Below, piece by piece: positions 18,766-28,320 of a stretch of DNA of 47,669 nucleotides. The stretch spans positions 1 to 47,669 of the forward strand of contig JBMFTB010000004.1 in assembly GCA_049967255.1 (NCBI GenBank), written 5' to 3'. The notes under the pieces were generated by a model that had not been told where the DNA came from, did no database searches, and saw nothing but the letters and a program-made list of their open reading frames with translations. Position numbers and translations under genes: made by a program. Positions within the stretch are counted from its first letter, which is position 1. Each line of letters starts with the position of its first letter. The DNA is from Thermoplasmata archaeon (GTDB lineage: Archaea > Thermoplasmatota > Thermoplasmata > Thermoplasmatales > ARK-15).

Positions 18766-19998
18766 GTGATATATATGAATATAGATCCAAATGCGGCAAA
18801 GTACCTCATCAAAGCAAAGATTTCAGCTGATGGTGTTGTTGAAAAACCTGACGTTGTTGGTGCAATCTTTGGTCAAACTGAGGGTCTTCTAGGAGAGGAA
18901 CTGGACCTTAGGGATCTCCAAAAAAGTGGAAGAATAGGAAGAATAGAAGTTGAAATAGATTCAAAAAAGGGAAAGTCTGAGGGAATAGTATACATACCCT
19001 CGAGCCTGGATCAGGTTGAGACTGCAATACTAGCAGCATCCCTTGAAACTATAGAAAGGGTTGGCCCCTGCAAAGCAGGTTTTGAAGTCCTTTCAATAGA
19101 AGATATAAGATTAACAAAAAGGCAGAAGGTTATTGAGAGGGCAAAGGAACTGCTTGAAAGCCTTTTATCCCAGGGTAAAAATTTGAGTGAAGATCTCATC
19201 CAGGTAGTAAGGGAAACAATAGAAAAACAGGAAATAATAACATATGGAGAAGACAGGCTTCCTGCTGGTCCTGCTGTACCAACTTCAGATGCAATTATTG
19301 TAGTTGAAGGAAGGTCAGATGTGCTAAATCTATTGAAATACGGCATAAAAAATGCAATTGCAGTTGAAGGGACAAACATACCAAAGACGATCGTTGATCT
19401 AACAAAGGAGAGGGTTGTGACATGCTTTTTAGACGGAGACAGAGGTGGAGACCTTATTCTTAAAGAGCTTTTACAAGTGGCTGAAATAGATTTTGTTGCA
19501 AGAGCTCCTCCGGGTAGGGAAGTTGAAGAATTAACCTATAAGCAGATTGTAAAAGCTTTAAGGAATAAGATGACTGTTGAACAATATCTTGCCACCCATG
19601 GCATGAACGATGAACTTGAAAGATTGATAAAAAACGAGGAATCGATGCCAGAACATTCTAAGCCGGTCCAGGAACAGGTCCAAAACGATTCACCCCAGGT
19701 AGAGGAAACAACTGAAGAAAAAAAGAAGGATGATCTTCTTTTAGATGCATTTGAAAAAAAGGTCGCATTTATAACGAATGAAAATGGAAACATTCATGAA
19801 ACAATACCTTTAAATGAGCTTTTTGACAAGTTATCAACAGCCCAGATCAATGGAAAGACGTTAATAACAGGAGGAATTATATCGCAGAGGCTCGTGGACA
19901 TAGCATTTGAAAAGGGCATAGAAGAGATCTATGGAATGAAGATATTAAATGTTTCAAAGAAACCTGCAAATATGAAGCTTATTGTAAAAAACATTTAA
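18766..19998 (+). CDS. dnaG: Archaeal DnaG-like primase / exosome-associated protein
   Basis: 'DGVVEKPDVVGAIFGQTEGLLG', TOPRIM 'IVVEGRSDV', 'FLDGDRGG'. True start may be the ATG at 18775. Confidence 0.96.
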   Translation: MIYMNIDPNAAKYLIKAKISADGVVEKPDVVGAIFGQTEGLLGEELDLRDLQKSGRIGRIEVEIDSKKGKSEGIVYIPSSLDQVETAILAASLETIERVGPCKAGFEVLSIEDIRLTKRQKVIERAKELLESLLSQGKNLSEDLIQVVRETIEKQEIITYGEDRLPAGPAVPTSDAIIVVEGRSDVLNLLKYGIKNAIAVEGTNIPKTIVDLTKERVVTCFLDGDRGGDLILKELLQVAEIDFVARAPPGREVEELTYKQIVKALRNKMTVEQYLATHGMNDELERLIKNEESMPEHSKPVQEQVQNDSPQVEETTEEKKKDDLLLDAFEKKVAFITNENGNIHETIPLNELFDKLSTAQINGKTLITGGIISQRLVDIAFEKGIEEIYGMKILNVSKKPANMKLIVKNI

Positions 19999-20065
19999 TA
20001 CCAATTTTTTTATTTTTAGGATCGAGATCTTTATATACAAAATTATTATATAGAATATAATTTGA

Positions 20066-21109
20066 TTGGTGGTTATAATGGATGAAAATAATGTTACGCC
20101 AGAAGAACTCGAGCTTATTGAGTTATTGAAATCATTGAAAACGAAGATTAAGATTGTAGGCTGTGGTGGTGCAGGTTCAAACACTATATCAAGGATCATT
20201 GATGAAGGTATTTCGGATGTTGAGCTTATAGCAATGAATACAGATGCACCTCATTTATATATGACAAGGGCACAGAAAAAAGTTCTCTTGGGAAAAAGGT
20301 CAACAAGGGGCCTGGGTGCAGGTGCCCAACCTGAAATAGGCCAGAAAGCTGCACTCGAATCTGAGGAAGATATTAAAAAGGTTTTAGAGGGAAGCGATAT
20401 CGTATTCATTACTGCGGGTCTTGGCGGAGGTACGGGTACAGGTTCAGCAAATGTTGTTGCAAAAATAGCAAAAGAGATAGGGGCTCTTACAGTTGCAATT
20501 GTTACATTACCTTTTAGTTCAGAGGGGAGATTCAGGTTTGATAATGCCATGTGGGGTCTTGAAAAACTTCTAAAGGAAGCTGATACTGTTATTGTTATTT
20601 TGAATGATAAGCTATTAAAGTTAGTGCCCAGATTACCATTAAACAAGGCGTTTAGGGTTGCGGATGAGGTTCTTGTAAGGGCCATAAAGGGTATTTCTGA
20701 AATGATTACAAAACCAGGATTGATTAACCTGGATTACAATGATCTTAAAACAACAATGAAAGAGAGTGGCTTGGCCGTAATTGGATTAGGTGAAAGTGAT
20801 GGTGAAAAAAGAGCTGAAACAGCAACAGAAATGGCAATAAAATCACCGCTCATAGACATTGACATATCAGGTGCAAGGGGTGCACTAATAGATGTAATAG
20901 GCGGCGATGACATGACCGTTGAAGAGGCGCACAGGGTAGTACAGATTGTAGAACAGAACCTTGCAAAGGATGCAAGGATTATATGGGGCGCATCTGTAAG
21001 GCCTGACTTCAAAAGGGAAATGAGCGTAATGGTTGTTTTAACGGGCATAAAAGGGATACCGAAATACGCATTCACGGACCAGGGTATTAAAATTGATATA
21101 GTTAAATGA
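20066..21109 (+). CDS. ftsZ: Cell division protein FtsZ (canonical, FtsZ1 locus)
   Basis: 'GCGGAGSN', 'GLGAGA.P', 'GLGGGTGTG', T7 'INLDYND', C-terminal domain. Conserved ftsZ-secE-spt5 order. Confidence 0.97.
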   Translation: MVVIMDENNVTPEELELIELLKSLKTKIKIVGCGGAGSNTISRIIDEGISDVELIAMNTDAPHLYMTRAQKKVLLGKRSTRGLGAGAQPEIGQKAALESEEDIKKVLEGSDIVFITAGLGGGTGTGSANVVAKIAKEIGALTVAIVTLPFSSEGRFRFDNAMWGLEKLLKEADTVIVILNDKLLKLVPRLPLNKAFRVADEVLVRAIKGISEMITKPGLINLDYNDLKTTMKESGLAVIGLGESDGEKRAETATEMAIKSPLIDIDISGARGALIDVIGGDDMTVEEAHRVVQIVEQNLAKDARIIWGASVRPDFKREMSVMVVLTGIKGIPKYAFTDQGIKIDIVK

Positions 21110-21110
21110 T

Positions 21111-21347
21111 ATGAGGTTCATGCTTATGGGATTAGTTGACAGATTCCAGGATATTCAGGAATGGGTTGAAGACAGGGTATCGCAGATAGGTAAGGGGAAG
21201 TATTCGAGAGTACTGAAGATGGCTAGAAAGCCAACGAGCGAAGAGTACATAAGGGTGGTGGAAATAACTGCCTTTGGGATAGCCCTGATTGGTGTAATTG
21301 GTTTTATCATATATCTTTTGATGGCAGTTGTATTTACGGTACCCTAG
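21111..21347 (+). CDS. secE: Protein translocase SecE/Sec61gamma
   Basis: 'YSRVLKMARKPTSEEY' plus TM 'GIALIGVIGFIIYL'. Confidence 0.93.
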   Translation: MRFMLMGLVDRFQDIQEWVEDRVSQIGKGKYSRVLKMARKPTSEEYIRVVEITAFGIALIGVIGFIIYLLMAVVFTVP

Positions 21348-21358
21348 GAGGATAAAGA

Positions 21359-22276
21359 ATGATAGATAGTGATAATTTAACAAACTCAATGAAAATAGCA
21401 GAAAAAGAAAAAAACAAATTCTGGATGAAATGTTCTCCTGAAACCATTAATATTTCTGCCGGTAGATTTGCAACAATTGAAGTGACTATAGATTCTGGTT
21501 CATCAAAAAATGAAAATGTTCAATTAAGGTTAAATTTCGAGTTCAATTTAAAGGATCCAGAACTTGAATGGATCATTACATCCGAAGGTCTGGAAAATAA
21601 AAAAGTAAAGGTGGAGGAGATTTCGGAGCTCTTAATACCATCAAAAAACAAGCAGATATCAGGCATTTTTAACATACCCGGTGGAAAACCATACATTTTC
21701 AAGATTAACATATTGACACCAAAAAGCTCTGTAATTAATGATTCAGCCAAAGTGACAATAGAATCCATTTTAGACGCTGACCCAAGCAAGCATGATGCTT
21801 GCAGCATATCAATTAATTTGGTAGCAACCATAGTTGCATTAAAAACACAGGTAGGAAAAGAGGTAGAGGTTGCAAGGGATCTAGGTAATAAAATAAGGCA
21901 GAACAAGGTGGATTATGTATTTTCAATCCTTGTACCTGGTGAAACATCAAAACTGAATGGATATGTATTCGTTGAAACAATTCAGCCGGACAGAATACTT
22001 TCATTCATAAAAAATGTTAAAGGCATTAAAGGGGTAGTGAAGGGGGAAATGAATATTTCAGAAATAATGCATTATCTTACTCCAAAGGCTGCTGTGGAAA
22101 CACTGCAGGTAGGTAATTATGTTGAGCTAGTTGATGGCCCTTTTAAGGGTGAAAAAGGTAGGATAATGGAAATAGATGCTGCAAATGATAAAATAGTAGT
22201 TGAACTTACAGAATCACTTGTTCCCATACCAATAACTGTGAAAGCAAGTTCAGTAAGGGTAATTGAAAAGGAGTGA
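21359..22276 (+). CDS. spt5: Transcription elongation factor Spt5/NusG with long N-terminal extension
   Basis: NGN 'ALKTQVGKE...GYVFVE', KOW '[15 protein letters not shown]'. About 156 extra N-terminal residues. Confidence 0.9.
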   Translation: MIDSDNLTNSMKIAEKEKNKFWMKCSPETINISAGRFATIEVTIDSGSSKNENVQLRLNFEFNLKDPELEWIITSEGLENKKVKVEEISELLIPSKNKQISGIFNIPGGKPYIFKINILTPKSSVINDSAKVTIESILDADPSKHDACSISINLVATIVALKTQVGKEVEVARDLGNKIRQNKVDYVFSILVPGETSKLNGYVFVETIQPDRILSFIKNVKGIKGVVKGEMNISEIMHYLTPKAAVETLQVGNYVELVDGPFKGEKGRIMEIDAANDKIVVELTESLVPIPITVKASSVRVIEKE

Positions 22277-22283
22277 TAAAAAT

Positions 22284-22757
22284 ATGGTACAAAGTTTAGA
22301 AATACTTGTAGAAGGCGGAAAGGCAACACCTGGGCCACCGTTAGGTCCAGCACTTGGTCCACTCGGGCTTAACATTGGCCAGGTGGTGAAAGAAATAAAT
22401 GAAAAAACAAAAAATTATGAAGGCATGCAGGTTCCTGTTAAACTGACCGTTGATCCTAAAACAAAGCAGTATACAATAACAATTGGAACTCCGCCCGTGA
22501 GTGCATTGATAAAAAAAGAGCTTGGCATTGAAAAGGGTTCAGGTTCACCAAAGGCAACGAAGGTGGGAGACCTTAATATGAACCAGGTAAAAAAGATTGC
22601 AAGCATGAAAATCCAGGATTCACTTTCACCCAATCTCAGAGCCATGGTCATGGAGGTCCTTGGATCCTGTGTATCGATGGGTGTAACTGTGGAAGGGTCT
22701 GACCCTAAGGAAATCCAAAAGAAGATTGAAAACGGTGAAATAAGTATTGAGGATTGA
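22284..22757 (+). CDS. rpl11: 50S ribosomal protein L11
   Basis: '[19 protein letters not shown]'. Start at ATG 22284. Confidence 0.97.
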   Translation: MVQSLEILVEGGKATPGPPLGPALGPLGLNIGQVVKEINEKTKNYEGMQVPVKLTVDPKTKQYTITIGTPPVSALIKKELGIEKGSGSPKATKVGDLNMNQVKKIASMKIQDSLSPNLRAMVMEVLGSCVSMGVTVEGSDPKEIQKKIENGEISIED

Positions 22758-22795
22758 AAAGTTTAAATACACCTTTCCTTTAAAGAAAAAAGGCA

Positions 22796-22832
22796 CTGTA
22801 GGAGAGCTAAATGCTCGCAGGACTACAGGAGG
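22796..22832 (+). promoter_or_regulatory. Probable L1 autoregulatory mRNA site
   Basis: CTGTAG/CTACAG stem, asymmetric purine-rich internal loop, GAGC/GCTC stem, abutting the GGAGG SD of rpl1. TATA-like TTTAAATA at 22762. Confidence 0.7.
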
Positions 22833-22843
22833 CACGGGTTTAA

Positions 22844-23485
22844 ATGGATAAAGATATATACGAAGCTGTTAAAAAGGCGCTCGATGAATCCAAGAAGAGG
22901 AATTTCAAAGAGAGTGTTGATCTAGCTTTTAATTTAAAGTATGTGGATCTTTCAGATCCTAAAAAGAGGATTAATGAGGAAATTCTTCTGCCACATGGAA
23001 GGGGTAGACCTATAAAGGTTGTTGTTTTTGCATCCGGTGACACAGCCCTAAAGGCCAAAAATGTTGCAGATCTCGTCATTACCCCTGAAGAACTTGACAA
23101 ACTGGCTGAAGATAAAAGGAGAGCTAAGAAACTTGCAAACCAGTATGATTTCTTTCTAGCCGAAGCAGGCCTTATGACAAAAATTGGAAAACTGCTAGGT
23201 GTTGTTCTTGGCCCCAGGGGAAAAATGCCAAAACCAATACCGCCAGGATCTGACCCAGCAAACATTATACAGAGTCTTAAAAGAACAGTAAGGGCAAGAA
23301 GTAAAGAACGAAGAACCTTTCATGTACCTGTTGGCACGAGGGACATGAAACCAGAGGATATTGCAGAAAACATTGAAGAAGTGCTAAAGAAAATCACTGG
23401 AAAACTAGAGAAAGGAGCAGGGAATATTGACAGCGTTTATGTAAAGACTACCATGGGCCCTTCATACAAACTGGAGGTGAAGTAA
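22844..23485 (+). CDS. rpl1: 50S ribosomal protein L1
   Basis: 'RNFKESVDL', 'LGPRGKMPKP', 'YVKTTMGP'. Confidence 0.97.
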   Translation: MDKDIYEAVKKALDESKKRNFKESVDLAFNLKYVDLSDPKKRINEEILLPHGRGRPIKVVVFASGDTALKAKNVADLVITPEELDKLAEDKRRAKKLANQYDFFLAEAGLMTKIGKLLGVVLGPRGKMPKPIPPGSDPANIIQSLKRTVRARSKERRTFHVPVGTRDMKPEDIAENIEEVLKKITGKLEKGAGNIDSVYVKTTMGPSYKLEVK

Positions 23486-23486
23486 A

Positions 23487-24332
23487 TTGGTTTCAAAGGC
23501 AAACGAAAAGGAAGTAAGTGATCTCATGGCATTGATTGAAGGCAGTAATGTAATAGGCGTTGTTGGCATCCATGGAATTCCTGGTACTCAAATAAACAAC
23601 ATAAGAAGAGCATTGAGAGGTTCTGCAAGGCTTGTTATTAGCAAGAACACGCTTATGTCCATAGCATTGCAGAACATGGATGCTAAAAAGAAGAACATAA
23701 AAGATCTTTCTTCCTATATAAAGGATCAGAGCGCACTGATCCTTAGCAATGAAGATCCATTTAAACTTGCAAAGATAGTTGAAAAATCAAGAACAAATGC
23801 CTCACCAAAGGGTGGTGAAATAGCCCCGGATGACATAACTGTTCCTGCGGGTGAGACAGATTTCAAACCCGGTCCAATAGTAAGTGATCTGCAAAAGATA
23901 GGTATTCCAGCATCTATTGAAAAGGGCAAGGTTGTAATTAAAAAGGACACAGTGGTTGTTAAAAAAGGTGAAAAAATAAGCAAGGACGTTGCACAGATGC
24001 TTTCAAAGCTGGACATAAGACCAATACCTGTTGGAATAGAAATCAGGGCATTCTATGAGAAAGAATACATATATGGAAAAGAAGCTCTGCAGATTGATCC
24101 TGAAAAGGTTATGAATGATCTGAAGGAGTCCATAATGCAGGCATTCAACCTTTCAATAAATGTAAAGTATTTCACAAAGTTCACTACGCCCGTATTCCTA
24201 GCTCAAGCGTACATGGATGCGCTTTCACTGGGTGTTAATGTGAACTACTTTACGCCAGAAACAATAAAGCATCTGCTTGCAAAAGCAAACTTGCAGGCGA
24301 TGTCCATAAAAGGAAAAATTGGAGATATATAA
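23487..24332 (+). CDS. rplP0: 50S ribosomal protein P0 (uL10)
   Basis: 'SKNTLM..AL', '[20 protein letters not shown]'. TTG start. Confidence 0.95.
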   Translation: MVSKANEKEVSDLMALIEGSNVIGVVGIHGIPGTQINNIRRALRGSARLVISKNTLMSIALQNMDAKKKNIKDLSSYIKDQSALILSNEDPFKLAKIVEKSRTNASPKGGEIAPDDITVPAGETDFKPGPIVSDLQKIGIPASIEKGKVVIKKDTVVVKKGEKISKDVAQMLSKLDIRPIPVGIEIRAFYEKEYIYGKEALQIDPEKVMNDLKESIMQAFNLSINVKYFTKFTTPVFLAQAYMDALSLGVNVNYFTPETIKHLLAKANLQAMSIKGKIGDI

Positions 24333-24351
24333 AGTAAAAGGAGGTAAAAAT

Positions 24352-24657
24352 ATGGAATATGTATATAGTGTACTGATCCTTCATTCAATGGGTCAGAAGA
24401 TTACAGAAGACAGTGTGGAGAACATAATAAAGGCTGCAGGCGGAGAACCTGACAAGGCAAAGATAAAGGCACTTATTTCTTCGCTTGAAGGCGTAAACAT
24501 AGATGAGGCGATAAAGGCAACAGCATTTACACCAGCAGCAGCACCACAAGCAACTGAACAACCCAAGGAAGAGAAGAAGGAAGAGAAAAAGGAAAAGAAA
24601 GAAGAAAAGAAGGAAGAAGAAGAGGCAATGGCAGGTCTAGGTGCTCTGTTCGGATAA
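24352..24657 (+). CDS. rpl12: 50S ribosomal protein P1/L12
   Basis: '[11 protein letters not shown]', acidic hinge, 'AGLGALFG' C-terminus. GGAGG SD. Confidence 0.97.
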   Translation: MEYVYSVLILHSMGQKITEDSVENIIKAAGGEPDKAKIKALISSLEGVNIDEAIKATAFTPAAAPQATEQPKEEKKEEKKEKKEEKKEEEEAMAGLGALFG

Positions 24658-24683
24658 AAATTTAAATTTTTTTTCTGATTTTT

Positions 24684-24836
24684 ATGGATCTGGTAAGCTA
24701 CATAGGATTGCTTGTGATGTACGCTGTCCCAGCTGCAATGATAGTTTTATCTCTGACAGTTATTAATAATATTCTTCTTCTTATGGTAGCATTAACGTGG
24801 CTGGGTACTTCATTATTCATCCATTATGTTCAGTGA
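24684..24836 (+). CDS. Putative 50-aa two-helix membrane protein (not in ORF track)
   Basis: Hand translation MDLVSYIGLLVMYAVPAAMIVLSLTVINNILLLMVALTWLGTSLFIHYVQ*. Fills the rpl12-coaBC gap. Confidence 0.55.
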   Translation: MDLVSYIGLLVMYAVPAAMIVLSLTVINNILLLMVALTWLGTSLFIHYVQ

Positions 24837-25998
24837 ATCCGGAATAAAATTCCATTATTTTTAATGCCACATTTGATTTCTTTCCAGATAACTCTTTTAC
24901 ATTATTTTTTTCAACTATCAATATTTTTGTAGTATCAAATTTTACATCGCGCATATCGTTTGCAATGACAAATCTTAAGGAATAATTTTCTATCATTTTC
25001 CTTGATTCATCAACCAATTTTTCATAACCGAATTCCGCCTTAAAAGCGATTGTATCCCCATTGAATCTCTCTCTTAAAACTTTGATGAATTTAGTTGTTG
25101 GTTTTAGATGTATTTCTGTTTCATTATCACTCTTAATCTTTCCATCAAATTTATTTGTTTTAAAATCTGATATTGCAGCAGGTAAAAAAATTGCATCGTA
25201 ATCAAGCATTCCATCAATCATAGAAAGAAGATCATCAATCGTTCTGAATTTTTCTGTTTTTATATAGCTTGGAGGCTCTACTTCAGACCTACCCAACAAA
25301 AGTTTTACATCAGCACCATAAAAAAATGCTGCCTTAGCAAGTTCTACAGAAGTAAAGCCAGATGACTTGTTTGTAATAACCCTTATATCGTCAATGGGTT
25401 CTTCTGTTGCTCCACCTATAATTAGAATTTTTTTGTTAATTTTTTTATTCAACGATCTTATTGTATATGCAACGATTGTATCCAAATCTGGTAATTTTGC
25501 CTTGCCCTCCTCCATTTTTGGATCAATAAATATTACTCCAAATTGCTTTAGTTTTTTTATATTTTCAACTATTATGGGATTTTTGTACATTGTTTCGCTC
25601 ATTGCAGGTGCAATAAGAATGGGTTTTGATCCAAGAAATGTTAATGCAAATAGAGAAACTGTTGTATCACCTATGCCATTTGCAATCTTTGAAATGGTGT
25701 TAGCAGAACAAGGGGAAATGAGGAGCATATCACTCTCCTTTTCAAGGACCACATGTTCCGTGAGTCCAGTAATTTGATCAATGGGTTTTTTCCCAGTAGC
25801 ATACTCGATGGATGTTGGTGTAATGATATTTTTTGCATCCTCGGTCATTACAGGAATAATATCTGCACCGTACCTGATGAGTTCCCTGGATACCTTTACC
25901 ATTTCCTCAGCAGATACTGAACCTGTTATGCCAAGAACTATTTTTTTCCCTAAAAGTAAATCACCCTTAACATTTCTAATACTTTTTACAGGATCCAT
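24817..25998 (-). CDS. coaBC: Bifunctional phosphopantothenoylcysteine decarboxylase/synthetase
   Basis: 'LGITGSVSA', 'PCSANTISKIANGIGD', 'APAM', 'T.EPIDDIRVITNKSSG', 'AAISDF', 'AFKAE'. Confidence 0.94.
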   Translation of the reverse strand: MDPVKSIRNVKGDLLLGKKIVLGITGSVSAEEMVKVSRELIRYGADIIPVMTEDAKNIITPTSIEYATGKKPIDQITGLTEHVVLEKESDMLLISPCSANTISKIANGIGDTTVSLFALTFLGSKPILIAPAMSETMYKNPIIVENIKKLKQFGVIFIDPKMEEGKAKLPDLDTIVAYTIRSLNKKINKKILIIGGATEEPIDDIRVITNKSSGFTSVELAKAAFFYGADVKLLLGRSEVEPPSYIKTEKFRTIDDLLSMIDGMLDYDAIFLPAAISDFKTNKFDGKIKSDNETEIHLKPTTKFIKVLRERFNGDTIAFKAEFGYEKLVDESRKMIENYSLRFVIANDMRDVKFDTTKILIVEKNNVKELSGKKSNVALKIMEFYSGFTEHNG

Positions 25999-26082
25999 AT
26001 TTTTTGTAACAATTTCAATTTATTTAACTTTTTCAAATTTTTAAAGAAGAAATTAAATATTTTTTATTATGTACTATGTCAT

Positions 26083-26976
26083 ATGGTTATGGTCCAAATT
26101 GCAGGAATCAAGCTGAAAAATCCATTAATGCTTGCCAGTGGCATAATGGATGAGCAGGGAGATTCTATGGTAAGAGCTGCGGAATATGGTGCTGGAGGTG
26201 TTGTAACAAAATCCATAGGCATGGATGAAAGGGAAGGTTATAAAAACCCGGTTATTGTTGAATTGGAAACAGGAATTATAAATGCTATAGGCCTTGCAAA
26301 TCCAGGAATAGAGAATTTTAAGGAAGAGATAGAGGTTGTTCTAAAAAAAGGTATACCTGTAATAGGTTCCATATTTGGCAAGGAAGAAGATTTTCCCATA
26401 CTTGCAAAAAGGATGGAAGAATTTGGCGTAAATGGTATTGAACTTAATCTCTCCTGCCCGCATGTAAAGGGATTTGGATCTGAGATAGGACAGGATCCAG
26501 AACTTGTTGAAGAAATAATTTCTGAAATAAAGAAAAAGGTAAACATTCCTGTTTTTGCCAAATTAACACCGAATATAACGGACATAGTAAAAATAGCGAA
26601 AAGTGCAGAAAAAGCAGATGCTCTTGTTTTAATAAATACAGTTAAGGCAATAGGAATTGACATCTATGCAAAGAGAGCAGTACTTTCAAACATTGTTGGT
26701 GGATATTCAGGTCCTGGAATAAAACCCATAGGTTTGAGGGCAGTTTACGATGTAAGGAAGGAAATGGACAAACCCATTGTTGGTGTGGGTGGCATAACCA
26801 CATGGAAAGATGCTGTTGAATACATACTTGCTGGTGCAAATGCGCTTCAAATAGGTACAGCAATATACTACAGAGGATTCTCAATATTTGAGGAAATAAA
26901 TAAGGGAATTGAAAATTATATGGTTACTGAAGGCTTTAATACAATAGAGGAATTTTCTGGACTGGCGGTGAAATGA
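26083..26976 (+). CDS. pyrD: Dihydroorotate dehydrogenase, family 1B catalytic subunit
   Basis: 'NAIGLANPG', 'ELNLSCPHV', 'AKLTPN', 'GGYSGPGIKPIGL'. Confidence 0.95.
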   Translation: MVMVQIAGIKLKNPLMLASGIMDEQGDSMVRAAEYGAGGVVTKSIGMDEREGYKNPVIVELETGIINAIGLANPGIENFKEEIEVVLKKGIPVIGSIFGKEEDFPILAKRMEEFGVNGIELNLSCPHVKGFGSEIGQDPELVEEIISEIKKKVNIPVFAKLTPNITDIVKIAKSAEKADALVLINTVKAIGIDIYAKRAVLSNIVGGYSGPGIKPIGLRAVYDVRKEMDKPIVGVGGITTWKDAVEYILAGANALQIGTAIYYRGFSIFEEINKGIENYMVTEGFNTIEEFSGLAVK

Positions 26977-27719
26977 TGTACAGAATGGTTACAATAGATG
27001 AAAAGATAATGGAAAACAAAAATGTTTATACAATTTTGTTCAGGGATGATTCTAATATTAGGCCCGGTCAATTTGCAATGATATGGATACCAGGTATTGA
27101 TGAAATACCAATGAGTTTCTCATATACTGGCGAGAAAAAAGGTTTTACATTTAAGATCATCGGGGATGGTACAAGGGCACTTTCAATGCTTAAAGAAGGA
27201 GATAGGTTATTTTACAGAGGACCGTACGGCAAATATTATTTTGAGGAGGGTAAAAAGGCAATTTTTATAGCTGGTGGGACAGGCATTTCATCCCTTGCAC
27301 CATTCATAGAAAAATCGGAGTTTGAGGAAAAATTTGTTTTAATTGGCGCTAAATCTTCAGAAGATCTATATTTTATTGAAAGGCTTAAAAGTTATTCACT
27401 AATGATTTTTACCGAAGATGGATCAATGGGCAAAAAAGGCATGGTTATGGATGGCATGGACTACTTTGATTTTGATACAATATATGCCTGTGGGCCAGAA
27501 CGGATGATTAGGTCCATAGTTGATAGAAAAAAGGAAAAAAATATTCAGGCAAGTTTAGAAAGATACATGAAATGTGGCATAGGTATTTGTGATTCTTGTT
27601 CTATAAACGGTTTCAGGGTATGCGTAGATGGTCCCGTTTTCGGAAAAAGCGATCTTTTAAAAATGAAAGACCTTGGTGAAAATTACAGATCCCCATCCGG
27701 TAAATTAATAAAAAAATAA
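26973..27719 (+). CDS. pyrK: Dihydroorotate dehydrogenase electron transfer subunit
   Basis: 'PGQFAMIW', 'RGPYG', 'AGGTG', 'ACGPE', 'MKCGIGICDSC...VC.DGPVF'. Confidence 0.93.
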   Translation: MMYRMVTIDEKIMENKNVYTILFRDDSNIRPGQFAMIWIPGIDEIPMSFSYTGEKKGFTFKIIGDGTRALSMLKEGDRLFYRGPYGKYYFEEGKKAIFIAGGTGISSLAPFIEKSEFEEKFVLIGAKSSEDLYFIERLKSYSLMIFTEDGSMGKKGMVMDGMDYFDFDTIYACGPERMIRSIVDRKKEKNIQASLERYMKCGIGICDSCSINGFRVCVDGPVFGKSDLLKMKDLGENYRSPSGKLIKK

Positions 27720-27881
27720 ATAGACCGAGGAATGCTGTAAAGTATATATTCCATGCGTTTTCGGAGATGTATCCACTTTTCCATACCCCAGAGATAGAGT
27801 GCTTTAGTATGGCTATGACTGGGAAAGATCCAAAGCCTATCATTTCAGCTGGAAGTACCACACCAATCCATATCCATTAAT

Positions 27882-28272
27882 CCTAAACTCTCGTATTTTT
27901 AGGCACATAATCAGCTGAAATGTTTAAAGATTCCATGATCTCCCTCTGCTCTTTCGTTATTTCTGAAGTTACTTCTTTTCCATTTGCCAATGCTATTTTC
28001 CTTATCTTGCTCAATTCAAGCAGGAGCTTCTCTACAGAATATTTCTTTGATAATTTGCCATCATGCATCATTTTCAGAAGCTTGTGCCTTAAAATTAATG
28101 CTATGAAATTTATGAAAAGTAATCCGTTCAAAGATTCAATGCTCTGCACCCTTATTGGCTTTGCTCCTAAATAGCTCTTCAGCGATAGAAACATCTTCTC
28201 TATGCTGTCCCTTTCCCTGTACCATATAAGTGTCTCATCTGGCTTATAATTGCCTTTGTATCTGAGGAGTAT
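27882..28272 (-). mobile_element. IS1634-family remnant (3' part of transposase and right end)
   Basis: Frame extends upstream to 'WYRERDSIEKMF' (DDE Glu), then 'GLLFINFIALIL', 'SVEKLLLELSKI', ending 'PKNTRV*' within terminal CCTAAACT. 5' part missing. Confidence 0.75.
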
Positions 28273-28320
28273 CTCACTAAATAATTTTGGGTATTAGTGA
28301 CAAATAAGATCGAAGATTAT

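Noticed and set aside
24559-24625. GAAGAGAAGAAG-type low-complexity repeat
   Set aside because: Encodes the normal E/K-rich hinge of P1/L12.
25490-25530. CoaC substrate clamp lacks the bacterial ACGD cysteine (reads EEGKAK)
   Set aside because: To my knowledge this is the usual archaeal CoaBC variant, not specific to this locus.
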